Shown: positions 18,663-28,902 of the stretch, one piece after another | Numbering within the stretch: the first letter of the stretch is position 1 | Layout of the letters: each line of letters starts with the position of its first letter | NCBI GenBank assembly: GCA_041653955.1 | Contig: JBAZEH010000005.1 | Span: forward strand, 178 to 64,177 | Source of the DNA: Candidatus Omnitrophota bacterium | GTDB taxonomy: Bacteria > Omnitrophota > Gorgyraeia > Gygaellales > Profunditerraquicolaceae | Length of the DNA: 64,000 nt | Direction of reading: 5' to 3' | The notes under the pieces: generated by a model | Told to the model about the DNA's origin: nothing | Seen by the model: only the letters and a program-made list of their open reading frames with translations | Database searches by the model: none | Program-made: the position numbers and the translations under genes

Positions 18663-19128
18663 TTATCTTTCGCAGCAGCTCTTTATGGCGCCTGCCAAAA
18701 GCGCTGAATTCAAATGCCCTGGTTAAATCCGATCTTATCCTTAATCTTATCTTCAAATACTCCCGCGGCAGCAGGCTTTTCAGCCTGTCCGCCCATTCTA
18801 CTACAGTCACCCCGTCATCATAGAAATACTCTTCATATCCCAGCGCCAGTATATCATTTACCCTCTCTAACCTGTAAAGGTCAAAATGGTATAAGGGTAT
18901 CCTGCCGCGGGAGTGCTGCCTTATCAAAACGAAGGACGGGCTTATAACATCACCCATTTTTATTCCAAGCCCGGAAGCAATACCCTTAGTAAGCACTGTT
19001 TTACCAGCGCCAAACTCTCCGAACAGGCATATTATATCACCTTTACGCGAGTTTTTCGCTATCACACTGCCTATCTTTAATGTCTCTTTGACCGATCTAG
19101 ATACCATATAAAACACTTCTCCATCCAA
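18643..19128 (-). CDS. tsaE: tRNA t6A37 biosynthesis ATPase TsaE (YjeE)
   Basis: P-loop motif LFGEFGAGKTVLTKGI. It is a small ~150-aa protein. Confidence 0.75.
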   Translation of the reverse strand: MDGEVFYMVSRSVKETLKIGSVIAKNSRKGDIICLFGEFGAGKTVLTKGIASGLGIKMGDVISPSFVLIRQHSRGRIPLYHFDLYRLERVNDILALGYEEYFYDDGVTVVEWADRLKSLLPREYLKIRLRIRSDLTRAFEFSAFGRRHKELLRKINEDIRD

Positions 19129-19139
19129 TCAATACTATC

Positions 19140-19174
19140 AGGGACGTCTTTACAAACAAAATAAAGGGTGCCCC
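19140..19174. repeat. Degenerate copy of the GGGAC ... GTCCC palindromic element
   Basis: AGGGACGTCTTTACAAACAAAATAAAGGGTGCCCC keeps the termini and spacing of copy A at 3498. It lies in the thiL-tsaE intergenic gap. Confidence 0.3.
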
Positions 19175-19204
19175 AAATTCAAAGAGATCCCTATATTAGC
19201 GAAG

Positions 19205-20104
19205 CTAAAAATGGAGGTATCCTTTGGGCTTAATAACCCTTACCCTGCCCTTTTTATCAACTAATCTTAAACCACACTCCTTATGCACTACCTGCCCGAT
19301 AGGCTGGCAAAAATCAAGCCTGCTTCTGCGCAAATTCTTTGATTCGCTTTTGGACATCGTAAAAAGAAGCTCAAAATCCTCCCCCGTATAAAGCGCATCA
19401 TCTATATTGCGCGCGCTCCTGCTCAAAGGGATAAGGTCCTCATATATTACCGCGCCCTTATCGCTCTCTTTAAGTATGTGCCCCAGGTCCTGCGCCAAGC
19501 CGTCGGATATATCGATCATGGAGTTGACCTTGAAATCTTTAACAAGCGCTCTCGCTTCCTTTAACCTGGGGGTGAAGGTAAGGTGTTTCCCGGCAATAGA
19601 GCCCCCAAGTTTACCGGTAACGAATATAACATCCCCCTCTTTTGCCTGGCTCCTTAAAACAAGCTTCTTCCTGTCCACAAACCCGGCCATACTCACGTCA
19701 ATAGCCAGCTGCCTTGAACGGCTGATATCCCCGCCGACGAGATTTATACCGTACTTTTCCGTTACGCTCAACATCCCTTTAACCAGCTTATCCGTAAAAT
19801 GAAGCGTACTGTTAGCAGGTATAGCCAGCGATACCAGGCAGTAACGCGGTTCCCCTCCGCAGGCCGCGATATCGCTTACCGATATTGCTATCGCCTTTCT
19901 GCCGATAAGATACGGGTCCTCTTTAACGGTAAAATCCACCCCCGCCACTATCATATCGCAGGTAAGAAGCATATATTTATCCTTGCTTAACCTTACTACG
20001 GCGCAATCATCTCCCGTACCTTTTACCACAGAGGTATCGGTCTTTATAAGCCTCTTTAACCTGTCGATCAAACCAAACTCCCCTATATTTTTTATGGAAA
20101 CCAT
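19205..20104 (-). CDS. thiL: Thiamine-monophosphate kinase
   Basis: Has the GDDCAVV motif and AIR-synthase-related fold. Confidence 0.8.
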   Translation of the reverse strand: MVSIKNIGEFGLIDRLKRLIKTDTSVVKGTGDDCAVVRLSKDKYMLLTCDMIVAGVDFTVKEDPYLIGRKAIAISVSDIAACGGEPRYCLVSLAIPANSTLHFTDKLVKGMLSVTEKYGINLVGGDISRSRQLAIDVSMAGFVDRKKLVLRSQAKEGDVIFVTGKLGGSIAGKHLTFTPRLKEARALVKDFKVNSMIDISDGLAQDLGHILKESDKGAVIYEDLIPLSRSARNIDDALYTGEDFELLFTMSKSESKNLRRSRLDFCQPIGQVVHKECGLRLVDKKGRVRVIKPKGYLHF

Positions 20105-21148
20105 CTATCTATCCAGCACTTTAACGATATTCTTATTATACGGGGGCCTGATAACCCCCTTATCCGTGATTATGGCGCTTATCAGTTTATGCGGCGTAAC
20201 GTCAAAAGCGGGGTTGAATATTGCAGCGCCTTTTGGGACTACCGGTTCACCCCAGAAAAGCCTTCTTACCTCTTCGGCATCACGCTCTTCAATAGGTATA
20301 TCTTTACCGCTTTTGATCATCAGGTCAAAGGTAGACTGCGGCGCCGCGATATAAAAAGGTATCTTATGGTAATAGCTTAATACCGCGAGGTTATAAGTCC
20401 CGATCTTATTAGCGGTATCCCCGTTTGCCGCGATCCTGTCCGCTCCGGCAATAACCTTTTTTATCTTCCCCTGGCTCATCAATGTCGCGGCCATATTATC
20501 GCATATAAGGGTAACATCAACTCCGTTCTCCTTCAATTCCCAGGCGCTAAGGCGCGCCCCCTGTAACAGTGGCCTCGTCTCGCAGGCATACACCTTAAGG
20601 CGCTTACCCGACTCTTTTGCTTTATATATCACTCCCAGCGCCGTCCCGTAATCAATAGTAGCGAGAATCCCCGCATTACAAATTGTCAATATCGTATCTT
20701 TATCTTTAAAAAGCTTATCGCCGTACCTGCCTATCTTACGGCAGGCAACCCTATCCTCTTCTATTATCTTTAGCGCTTCTTTCAGGAGTAATGATTTTAT
20801 GGAGGATACACTTTTCTTTCTATTTATTACCGCAACACTGCACATCCTCTCAATACCCCAGAAAAGGTTCCTTGCCGTCGGGCGGGATGATGACATATAT
20901 TTTGCCGCCTTGTCCAGCTCTTTGGCAAAACCGGAAAATTCTTTTGTCCGCGAATCCCTTATTGCCAGATACACCCCAAGCGCGCCTGCAGCGCCAAGCG
21001 CTGGAGCGCCGCGCACCTTCAACTCCTTTATCGCCTTCCATAGCTCCGCGGCATCAGCGATCCGTTTATATTTCAGCTTTAACGGCAGCTCTGTCTGGTC
21101 TATTATCCTTACGGCGTTATCTTTCCACTCTATGGTCCTTAGAGCCAT
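20105..21148 (-). CDS. mtnA: S-methyl-5-thioribose-1-phosphate isomerase (eIF-2B alpha/beta/delta-related family)
   Basis: Starts MALRTIEWKDNAVRIIDQTELP. 347 aa. Confidence 0.7.
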   Translation of the reverse strand: MALRTIEWKDNAVRIIDQTELPLKLKYKRIADAAELWKAIKELKVRGAPALGAAGALGVYLAIRDSRTKEFSGFAKELDKAAKYMSSSRPTARNLFWGIERMCSVAVINRKKSVSSIKSLLLKEALKIIEEDRVACRKIGRYGDKLFKDKDTILTICNAGILATIDYGTALGVIYKAKESGKRLKVYACETRPLLQGARLSAWELKENGVDVTLICDNMAATLMSQGKIKKVIAGADRIAANGDTANKIGTYNLAVLSYYHKIPFYIAAPQSTFDLMIKSGKDIPIEERDAEEVRRLFWGEPVVPKGAAIFNPAFDVTPHKLISAIITDKGVIRPPYNKNIVKVLDR

Positions 21149-21746
21149 CTTTTCCTTTTTCTATGGAGTTTATCCGCGCGGTTATCTGCCTCCTGATATC
21201 GCGGCAACACCCGGGTTTTAAATTCTCCAATACCTTTCTATACGCATCCAGCGCCCCCCGCTGGTCACCGAGATTAAAGAGCGCATCAGCCATATTATCG
21301 TAGGTCACCGCCCTGCCAGGCTCAAGGCTAAGCGCTTTCTTAAAACACTTTATCGCCTCGGTATGACGGCCTATATTGTTCAGAAGCCACCCCTTATTAT
21401 GATAAACAGTTGCGTAATCAGGCTCTGCCTCTATACCCTTATCAAAATAATAAAGCGACGCATCTATTATCCCGAGCTCGACCATACACAATGCCCGGTC
21501 ATTATACGCTGCCCCGTCATAAGGGTTGTATCTTATGGCGCGGTCAAAATATTCTATAGCCGCGGTGAATTTATCTTTCAAGAGTTCGATCTGGCCTTTA
21601 AAATATTCCGCTTCCCCTTTAAACCCGCTTTGCTCTGCCTGCCTTAACCCCTCTTTGGCCAGCCTGGCTGCTTCCCTGCGCGTTCCATAAGTTATCGCCT
21701 CATCCAGCCTTGCCCTAAGTTCCGGCAGCTTGGCATGCTTATCCAT
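21117..21746 (-). CDS. TPR-repeat protein
   Basis: 209 aa with 4-5 TPR units (AIEYFDRAIRYNPYDGAAYNDRALCMVELG ... ). Confidence 0.6.
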   Translation of the reverse strand: MDKHAKLPELRARLDEAITYGTRREAARLAKEGLRQAEQSGFKGEAEYFKGQIELLKDKFTAAIEYFDRAIRYNPYDGAAYNDRALCMVELGIIDASLYYFDKGIEAEPDYATVYHNKGWLLNNIGRHTEAIKCFKKALSLEPGRAVTYDNMADALFNLGDQRGALDAYRKVLENLKPGCCRDIRRQITARINSIEKGKDGSKDHRVER

Positions 21747-21749
21747 AGT

Positions 21750-22868
21750 TTATAGCCCGATCATCCTGGCGGCGAGGCTCCTCTTTATCTTGATGGCAGC
21801 GTGAGGGCATGCCTCCTGGCAGCAAAAACAGGCGATACATCCCGAGTAATCAAAGGCGAGCCTGTTATTCTTAATGCTTATTATCTTATTCGGACACGCC
21901 TGGATGCAATAACCGCACCTGACGCACTTATCATTGTCCGCGTAAGGGTAATATTTTACGAACCTGCTTAATAACCGCACGACTAACGAAGGAAGCTTTG
22001 TCCTTAAGGAAGAAGAAGGCAATATAAAAGGCCTGTCTATGACATCCTTAAGGCTCTCCCCCATTATTGATATGGACCTGATATCCGCAGTACCCAGGCC
22101 CCTTGCCGCCGCCTGCCTGGTGCTTGATATATCCTTAGGCTCGATCCCCATGATCAAAGCCATAATGCTGTCTATGGCAACGCAGTCCTTTCCGGCGAGC
22201 AACAAGCCGAGGTTACGCAATTTCCCGCCCGTAGCTGGCCCGTCCCCTTCCATAGCCACAATGCCGTCAACCACGGTCAGGGAAGGCCTGACCTCCTCGT
22301 AAATATCCACAAGCATCCTGGCAAAATCATGCTTATCATAATATTTCTTATGCAGCTCCGTCTTGTGGGTCTTCCATACAAAACCGAAAAGATTTTTTAT
22401 CGCTCCGGTAAGGGTCATCATCTCGTGCGTTTTGAACTTGGGGACATTCACGATGCAATCACACTTATCGATCCATGCGGCCAGAGGAAATCCGCGTCTC
22501 CAGACCTTATTTTCAAAATACACCGGCTCGGCCCCTTCATCCTCGCAGACCTTCTTTATCCCCGATCTTTCATAAACCTCGCCCGGGTCCTCCGCCTGCT
22601 TGCCCCAAACACTGGGCCCGTCGCCAACATAAACCGCGCAACCTGATTCTTTCAGGATCTTTATTACCGCGCGCACCACCTCAGGATGTGTGTCTACTCC
22701 TGATGCCGGCTCCTTTGCCATCAGCAGGTTGGGCTTTACCAGGACCCTGCTTTTGGCAGGGACAAAAGCAGATATACCTCCGATCAGGTCTATCCCCCTT
22801 CTCACCGCCTCCAAAACGCATCCGGGATCATAATCAGCGCATTTAACTACCGAAATCTCTGCTTTCAT
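21750..22868 (-). CDS. DUF362-domain protein with a C-terminal 2x[4Fe-4S] ferredoxin domain
   Basis: The C-terminal CVRCGYCIQACP ... CIACFCCQEACP is a ferredoxin domain. The N-terminal ~300 aa matches DUF362. Confidence 0.6.
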   Translation of the reverse strand: MKAEISVVKCADYDPGCVLEAVRRGIDLIGGISAFVPAKSRVLVKPNLLMAKEPASGVDTHPEVVRAVIKILKESGCAVYVGDGPSVWGKQAEDPGEVYERSGIKKVCEDEGAEPVYFENKVWRRGFPLAAWIDKCDCIVNVPKFKTHEMMTLTGAIKNLFGFVWKTHKTELHKKYYDKHDFARMLVDIYEEVRPSLTVVDGIVAMEGDGPATGGKLRNLGLLLAGKDCVAIDSIMALIMGIEPKDISSTRQAAARGLGTADIRSISIMGESLKDVIDRPFILPSSSLRTKLPSLVVRLLSRFVKYYPYADNDKCVRCGYCIQACPNKIISIKNNRLAFDYSGCIACFCCQEACPHAAIKIKRSLAARMIGL

Positions 22869-23629
22869 GTCAAATCAAAGAATCTTATGGCGTTCTCCGT
22901 GGTGCTCTTTGCGATTTCATCAAAAGACACCCCCTTTATACGCGCGGCCTCTTCGGCAAGAAGCCTTACGTACGAGGGTTCATTACGCCTGCCGCGTAAG
23001 CCCTCCGGAGGCAAAAAGGGAGCGTCCGTCTCAAGCATCAACCTATCTAAGGGGGTTTCTCTTAAAAACCCTCTCAGGCTCTCTGCTTTCTTATAAGTGA
23101 TATTGCAGGTAAAAGAGATATAAAAACCCAGGCCAAGGCAGCTCTTGAGAAAATCCCCGTCCCCCGAAAAACAATGCACAACCGCCCGCAAGGGCAGGAA
23201 CTCATTCAATATCTTAAAGGTATCGGCCTGGGCCTCGCGGTTATGTATTACTAAAGGAAGGTCAAAATCCTTCGCCAGGCCTGCCAGATACCTGAATAAT
23301 GCCTTTTGGTTATCGCGCGCGGAATAGTTCTTATAATAATCCAGCCCGGTCTCGCCTATAGCTACTACTTTATCCTGCCCTGCCAGCTCCCTTATCCTTG
23401 CCTTAGCGCTATCGTCCGATATATCCGCCTCGTGGGGGTGCAGCCCTACGGCCGCGTATATAAAGTCATAGCTGCGCGATAACTCAAGCGATTTCTCTGA
23501 GCCTTTAAGGCTTGAGCCTATATTTATAATATGTCCTATGCCTTCTTTTTGGGCGCGGCTGATAACTTCTCCGCGATCGGGTTCAAACTCGGGAAAATCG
23601 AGGTGGCAATGGGTATCTATCAACATCAC
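22865..23629 (-). CDS. tatD: TatD-family metal-dependent hydrolase
   Basis: Starts MMLIDTHCHLDFPEF. 254 aa. Confidence 0.85.
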   Translation of the reverse strand: MMLIDTHCHLDFPEFEPDRGEVISRAQKEGIGHIINIGSSLKGSEKSLELSRSYDFIYAAVGLHPHEADISDDSAKARIRELAGQDKVVAIGETGLDYYKNYSARDNQKALFRYLAGLAKDFDLPLVIHNREAQADTFKILNEFLPLRAVVHCFSGDGDFLKSCLGLGFYISFTCNITYKKAESLRGFLRETPLDRLMLETDAPFLPPEGLRGRRNEPSYVRLLAEEAARIKGVSFDEIAKSTTENAIRFFDLT

Positions 23630-23646
23630 ATGCGGATATCGGTCTT

Positions 23647-25140
23647 TTAGGGTGCCGTCTTGTCTATACGCGGGAATAAAGGATTACCTTTCTTTATCTT
23701 ATCAGACCCGATCTGTTCTCTTATGAGCGCGGCCGTCTTCGGCATAAAAGGAGCTATCTGTCCTGCTACTTCCCTGATTACATCTACCAGCAAACGGATA
23801 AAAGTCTTTAATTCATCGGCCTTATTTTCCTTTGCCAGGTTCCAGGGTTTTGTGTCTTCAATATATTTATTCGCCATACCTATCAGAATCCAGGTATGTT
23901 CAAGGGCAAAGCTGAAATTAGGTATAGCCATTGCAAGAGACACCTCTTCGGATAAGGACTTTATCTTATCCTCTATCTTCCTGCCCTGCTCATCCGGCGC
24001 CCCTCTTTCGGGTATCTCGCCTTGAAAATATTTCTCTATCATAGTAAGGGTGCGGTAAATAAGATTACCGAGGTCATTCGCCAAGTCGCTATTGAATCTT
24101 TTGATTATCGCTTCCTCGGAAAAGTTGCCATCCCCTCCGAAGGGGATATCGCGCAGCAGGAAATACCTGTATACGTCTATCCCGAACTTATTCACCATAT
24201 CTATGGGGTTGACCACATTCCCGCGCGATTTGGACATTTTATTCTCATCTATCATCCACCACCCGTGGGCAAATATGCTCTTGGGTGGCTCTATGCCTAA
24301 CGCCTTAAGCATAATAGGCCAATATACGGCATGCTGCCTTAAAATATCCTTACCTATCAAATGCAGGTCTGCCGGCCACCAGCGAGAGCTGTATTTGCCG
24401 TCGGCATCAAAGGAGCCGACGGCGCTGATATAATTAATAAGGGCATCGAACCAGACATAAGTCACATGCTGGGGGCTGAAAGAAAGCGGTATCCCCCAGC
24501 TCATGCGCTCTTTAGGCCGCGAGATACAAAGGTCCGTCAATTTATTCAATTCCAGGAAACTTAAAACTTCATTACGCCTTATATCAGGAAGTATGAAATC
24601 CGGATGGCCCTTGATATAACCTGCCAGCCAATCCTGGTATTGGGATAATTTAAAAAAGTAGTTCGTCTCGGTAATCTTCTCTACCGGCCTTTTGCAGTCC
24701 GGGCATAATCCCTCTTCTGCCTGCTTCTCAGTCCAGAATGTCTCGCAGGGAGTGCAATACCACCCTTCGTATTTTGCCTCGTAAATATCTCCTTTATTAT
24801 GGAGTATCTCAAGGGCTCTTTTTACAAAACCGGTATGCCTTTCTTCGGTAGTGCGGATAAAATCATTGTAGGATATATTCAGCTCTTTCCAAAGGCCCTT
24901 GAAGATCGATACCGTTTTATCGGCGAACTGTCCCGGTTCCAGTTTCTGCGCTTCCGCGGCCCGTTGTATCTTCTGGCCATGCTCGTCAGTGCCTGTAAGC
25001 AGCCAGACATTATCATCTCCTATGGCGCTACGCATATGCCGGGCAAGCGCGTCAGCGGCAATAGTGGTATAAGAATGCCCTATATGCGGAGAGGCATTGA
25101 CGTAGTATAACGGGGTGGTTATATAGAATTTCTTATTCAT
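23647..25140 (-). CDS. metG: Methionine--tRNA ligase (short form, lacking the C-terminal EMAP/tRNA-binding domain)
   Basis: HIGH motif (SPHIGHSYT), KMSKS, and Zn-knuckle cysteines (CTPC ... CPDC). The start is at the ATG at 25140 (MNKKFYITTPLYY). Confidence 0.9.
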   Translation of the reverse strand: MNKKFYITTPLYYVNASPHIGHSYTTIAADALARHMRSAIGDDNVWLLTGTDEHGQKIQRAAEAQKLEPGQFADKTVSIFKGLWKELNISYNDFIRTTEERHTGFVKRALEILHNKGDIYEAKYEGWYCTPCETFWTEKQAEEGLCPDCKRPVEKITETNYFFKLSQYQDWLAGYIKGHPDFILPDIRRNEVLSFLELNKLTDLCISRPKERMSWGIPLSFSPQHVTYVWFDALINYISAVGSFDADGKYSSRWWPADLHLIGKDILRQHAVYWPIMLKALGIEPPKSIFAHGWWMIDENKMSKSRGNVVNPIDMVNKFGIDVYRYFLLRDIPFGGDGNFSEEAIIKRFNSDLANDLGNLIYRTLTMIEKYFQGEIPERGAPDEQGRKIEDKIKSLSEEVSLAMAIPNFSFALEHTWILIGMANKYIEDTKPWNLAKENKADELKTFIRLLVDVIREVAGQIAPFMPKTAALIREQIGSDKIKKGNPLFPRIDKTAP

Positions 25141-25927
25141 TATAAGGCACCTGCGCCTGCGAACCATCTTCCAGCAACACCGTAACTATACGCTTGAACA
25201 CATTGACCCCGATCACTTTTCCCTTGCCCTGCTTGGTATTCACATGTTCGCCTTCCCGGGGGAGCCCCTTGGAAAGGATCTTGTAAGACTCATATTCAAA
25301 ATAAAGGCAGCACATCAGCCTGCCGCAAAGGCCCGATATCTTGGGAGGGTTCAGGGGAAGGCCCTCCTCCTTAGCCATCTTAATAGTCACCGGTTCAAAA
25401 TCTTTTAAAAAAGTACCGCAGCATAACTGCCTTCCGCAATGGCCGAATCCTCCGAATAGCCTCGCTTCATCGCGCACTCCTATCTGCCTTAACTCTATCC
25501 TGGCCTTGAATATCTTGGCAAGGTCCTTGACCAGGTTCCTGAAGTCTACGCGCCCGGAGGCGGTAAAATAAAATATTATCTTTGAGCGGTCAAAAGAGTA
25601 TTCCGCGCGCACAAGCTTCATATCCAGCTTATGCTCCTCTATTTTTTTAAGGCAGGCGCTGAACGCCTCCCTGGCTTTTCCCTTATTGTCCTCTATCTGT
25701 TTTAAATCGTTATCTCTGGCAATACGTATTATCTTCTTAAGCGGCTCCTGCGTATTATTGTTCAGCAGGGCATCTTTAGGCGAAACTACCTGCCCATAAT
25801 CCAGGCCGCGGTCATGCTCGACAACGACATAATCGCCTTCCTTCACATTCCAGCTCCCCGCGTTATAAGGAAATGTCTGCCCGAAAACCCGAAGCCTTAC
25901 AAGGACCTTATTCTCATTTTTTTCCAC
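25133..25927 (-). CDS. ricT: PSP1-domain protein (RicT/YaaT-like)
   Basis: PSP1 C-terminal domain with the cysteine cluster GHCGRQLCCG ... GLCGRLMCC. It sits immediately downstream of holB, as in Firmicutes. Confidence 0.7.
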   Translation of the reverse strand: MEKNENKVLVRLRVFGQTFPYNAGSWNVKEGDYVVVEHDRGLDYGQVVSPKDALLNNNTQEPLKKIIRIARDNDLKQIEDNKGKAREAFSACLKKIEEHKLDMKLVRAEYSFDRSKIIFYFTASGRVDFRNLVKDLAKIFKARIELRQIGVRDEARLFGGFGHCGRQLCCGTFLKDFEPVTIKMAKEEGLPLNPPKISGLCGRLMCCLYFEYESYKILSKGLPREGEHVNTKQGKGKVIGVNVFKRIVTVLLEDGSQAQVPYNE

Positions 25928-25928
25928 T

Positions 25929-26903
25929 CTATGCCCCGTTTTTAAGCGCCCATTTTAAATTAGATAACAATAGCTTTGTATTCACATTACGATCCAGATA
26001 AAAGAAGGAGCCCGATATGGAATTCATTATCTCATACAGGTCAGTAAAGGCGTAACGGTTCATCACCCTTAACAGGTCATCCTTGCGGTCAAGGTTGATC
26101 AGCTCCGAGTAAGAAGTCCCTATCTTTACCATATATATATCCCTGAACCATCCCGCGAGTATATTCAATGAATCCTTGACGCTATCCCTGCTATCCGCGG
26201 TAAACTCCGTTCCCCGGCGCCTGTCCGCGAGGGCCAGCGCGTCAATGACCCTGTTCTTATCTTTCAATATATCCGTCTCTTTCAGGCTCAAGGCGCGTCC
26301 TATCCTTCCTTCGCAGAAATAAGCCAGGTAATGGGAAAGTGTATCATCTATGCGGAAATCTTTTTTTAATACCTGTTCAAGCAGGGTCCTTTTTAAAGGA
26401 TAGAATTTTATCGTTTTACAGCGCGAGACTATGGTCTTAAAGAGGAGCGCCGGCTTCGCGCTGACCAGGATGATCAAGGTATGCTCAGGGGGCTCTTCCA
26501 GCACCTTCAACAGCGCGTTAGCAGCGTCGGAGGTAAGATTATGGGCGTTATCTACAATAAATACCTTCCTCTTGCCTTCGTAAGGCCTTAAGCTGGCTTC
26601 TTTCTGAAGGCGGCGGATATATTCTATCTTTACGGCATCAGAAGCGCCCTCTTCTTCGCTTCCGATAATATGCACATCGGGATGCTCCCCCTTCTCTATC
26701 TTGAGGCAGGAAGCGCATCTATCGCAGGAATCCGTTCCTTCTTTTTCGCAGTTCAGCGCTTTAGCAAGGGTCCTGGCAGTAAACATCTTGCCTACCCCCT
26801 CTTCCCCGGAAAAAAGATAACTGCCGGTAAAACGCGAATTGCTTATATATTCCCTGATTATCCCTATTGAAGTATCCTGGCCTTTTATATCCCTGAAAGA
26901 CAT
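25929..26903 (-). CDS. holB: DNA polymerase III delta' subunit
   Basis: AAA+ clamp-loader fold (GSYLFSGEEGVGK) and Zn module CEKEGTDSCDRCASC. It is adjacent to tmk. Confidence 0.8.
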   Translation of the reverse strand: MSFRDIKGQDTSIGIIREYISNSRFTGSYLFSGEEGVGKMFTARTLAKALNCEKEGTDSCDRCASCLKIEKGEHPDVHIIGSEEEGASDAVKIEYIRRLQKEASLRPYEGKRKVFIVDNAHNLTSDAANALLKVLEEPPEHTLIILVSAKPALLFKTIVSRCKTIKFYPLKRTLLEQVLKKDFRIDDTLSHYLAYFCEGRIGRALSLKETDILKDKNRVIDALALADRRRGTEFTADSRDSVKDSLNILAGWFRDIYMVKIGTSYSELINLDRKDDLLRVMNRYAFTDLYEIMNSISGSFFYLDRNVNTKLLLSNLKWALKNGA

Positions 26904-26904
26904 A

Positions 26905-27534
26905 TTATCTTAAAAGTTTATCTACCAATTTTCTGATAGAGGACTGGGTGTTATCCTTATCCTTATCCACTCTGACTACTTTTATCCTCCCCGGCTCAAG
27001 GCGCGCCATCTTATGGTATCCGTTCAATACCCTGCCATGGTAAGACAATGAGCGCCTTTCAATACGGTCCTTTGAATTACGGCGGTGCTTCAGGCCCTCT
27101 TTAAGCGGGAGGTCCAGGAATATGGTCATATCCGGTTTTACACCGCAGGATGCGTATTCTCCTATGCCCTTTATCAGTTTTATATCCATCCCCAGCCCAT
27201 AACCCTGATAAGCAACGGTAGAATCAAGAAACCTGTCGCAGATGACTATCTTCCCCTGCTTGACGGCAGGCAGGATGACCTCAGTTGCCACCTGCGCGCG
27301 CGCTGCCATATAAAGAAGCATCTCCGCCAACGGGGAGATGGAATCATTCTTATGGTCCAGCAATATCTTCCTTATCTTCTCGCTTATCTTTGTCCCGCCT
27401 GGTTCGCGCAGATAAACGGCAGAAAAACCCTCCCTTTTCAGATACTGATAAAGTAGTTTTGATTGCGTGCTTTTGCCGCAGCCTTCGGAACCCTCAAATG
27501 TTATAAATTTGCCTTTCATATTTTCCGACGCCAA
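26905..27534 (-). CDS. tmk: Thymidylate kinase
   Basis: P-loop motif FITFEGSEGCGKST and a DR(F/Y) motif. Confidence 0.9.
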   Translation of the reverse strand: MASENMKGKFITFEGSEGCGKSTQSKLLYQYLKREGFSAVYLREPGGTKISEKIRKILLDHKNDSISPLAEMLLYMAARAQVATEVILPAVKQGKIVICDRFLDSTVAYQGYGLGMDIKLIKGIGEYASCGVKPDMTIFLDLPLKEGLKHRRNSKDRIERRSLSYHGRVLNGYHKMARLEPGRIKVVRVDKDKDNTQSSIRKLVDKLLR

Positions 27535-28895
27535 ACCGTCCCCTCTTTTGTGTCCTCTAAAATAACGCCTTTTTCTTCAAGCTCTATCCTTATATTATCC
27601 GATAAAGAGTAATCTTTATTTTTGCGCGCAGTATTCCTTTGGGTGATCTTGTCTTCAATTTCCGTATCGCTGATCATGACAGATCTTTGCTTCATCTCCA
27701 AAGAGATCCCTAGGATGCCGAGCAGCTCTTTCAATGTATTCTTCGCCGCAACGGCAAACCTGGGCTTATCTATATTCTTATTCGTTATATTTACCAGGTC
27801 AAAGACAGAAGCAAGGGCCTGGGGAGTATTAAAATCATCATCCATAGCGCTTATAAAGTTATTCCTTATATCTCCTACTTCTACGGGCAGCCTGGCTGCC
27901 TCCTCTCCGTCTATCTTCCCGAGCAGTATCATTATCCTCTCCAGCGCCTTCCTGGCTTCTTCTATCTTCTCTTCATTATAATCTATCGGATGCGAATAGT
28001 GCGCAGAGAGAAAGAACAACTTCAATAGATCCGCATTATCATATTTGGAGAGGAAATCCTTTATGGTCACAAAATTACCGAGGGATTTGGACATCTTTTG
28101 TCCGTTAATAGTAAGCAGGCCGTGATGCATCCAGTATTTAGCGAAGGGTTTACCGGTAAGGGCTTCTGCCTGGGCGATCTCATTCTCATGGTGCGGGAAT
28201 ATCAGGTCCCTGCCCCCTGCGTGTATATCCAGGGTATCTGTTTTCAGGAACTCCTGCGACATCACCGAACACTCTATATGCCATCCCGGACGCCCCGCGC
28301 CCCAGGGGCTCTCCCATGACGGTTCACCGGGCTTTGAAATTTTCCAAAGGGCAAAATCCAGGGGGTCCTGTTTATTCTCGTCGGACTCTATGCGAGCCCC
28401 GCTTTGCATCTGATCTATACCCTGCCCGGAAAGTTTACCGTAATCCGTGAACTTGCGCACGTTGAAATATACCCCGCTATCTGTGGCGTAGGCGAAACCT
28501 TTCGCCATCAAACCCTCTATATACTTTATCATCCCGGGGATATTATCGGTCGCCCGGGGCTCATGGTCGCCTTTCTTTATGCCAAGCTCCTTAAGGTCTT
28601 CGTAATACCTGTCGATATATCTGCTTACCAGCTCCTTCCAGTCCGTTTTTAATTCATTGGCGCGGTTTATGATCTTATCATCTATATCGGTAATATTGCG
28701 CACGAACTTCACGTCAAACCCGCGGTATTTCAGGTAACGCCTTACAACATCAAATATATACAGGCTCCTGGCATGCCCTATATGGCTTTCATCATACACG
28801 GTGACCCCGCAGGTATACATATTTACCACAGGCGGTCTTAAAGGAATGAGTTCCTCTTTTTTACGGGAGAGGGAATTATGTATGGAGACTGGCAT
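27516..28895 (-). CDS. cysS: Cysteine--tRNA ligase
   Basis: HIGH motif (ESHIGHARS) and KMSKS. The start is taken at the ATG at 28895 (MPVSIHNSLSRKKEEL). Confidence 0.9.
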   Translation of the reverse strand: MPVSIHNSLSRKKEELIPLRPPVVNMYTCGVTVYDESHIGHARSLYIFDVVRRYLKYRGFDVKFVRNITDIDDKIINRANELKTDWKELVSRYIDRYYEDLKELGIKKGDHEPRATDNIPGMIKYIEGLMAKGFAYATDSGVYFNVRKFTDYGKLSGQGIDQMQSGARIESDENKQDPLDFALWKISKPGEPSWESPWGAGRPGWHIECSVMSQEFLKTDTLDIHAGGRDLIFPHHENEIAQAEALTGKPFAKYWMHHGLLTINGQKMSKSLGNFVTIKDFLSKYDNADLLKLFFLSAHYSHPIDYNEEKIEEARKALERIMILLGKIDGEEAARLPVEVGDIRNNFISAMDDDFNTPQALASVFDLVNITNKNIDKPRFAVAAKNTLKELLGILGISLEMKQRSVMISDTEIEDKITQRNTARKNKDYSLSDNIRIELEEKGVILEDTKEGTVWRRKI

Positions 28896-28902
28896 GAATA
28901 TA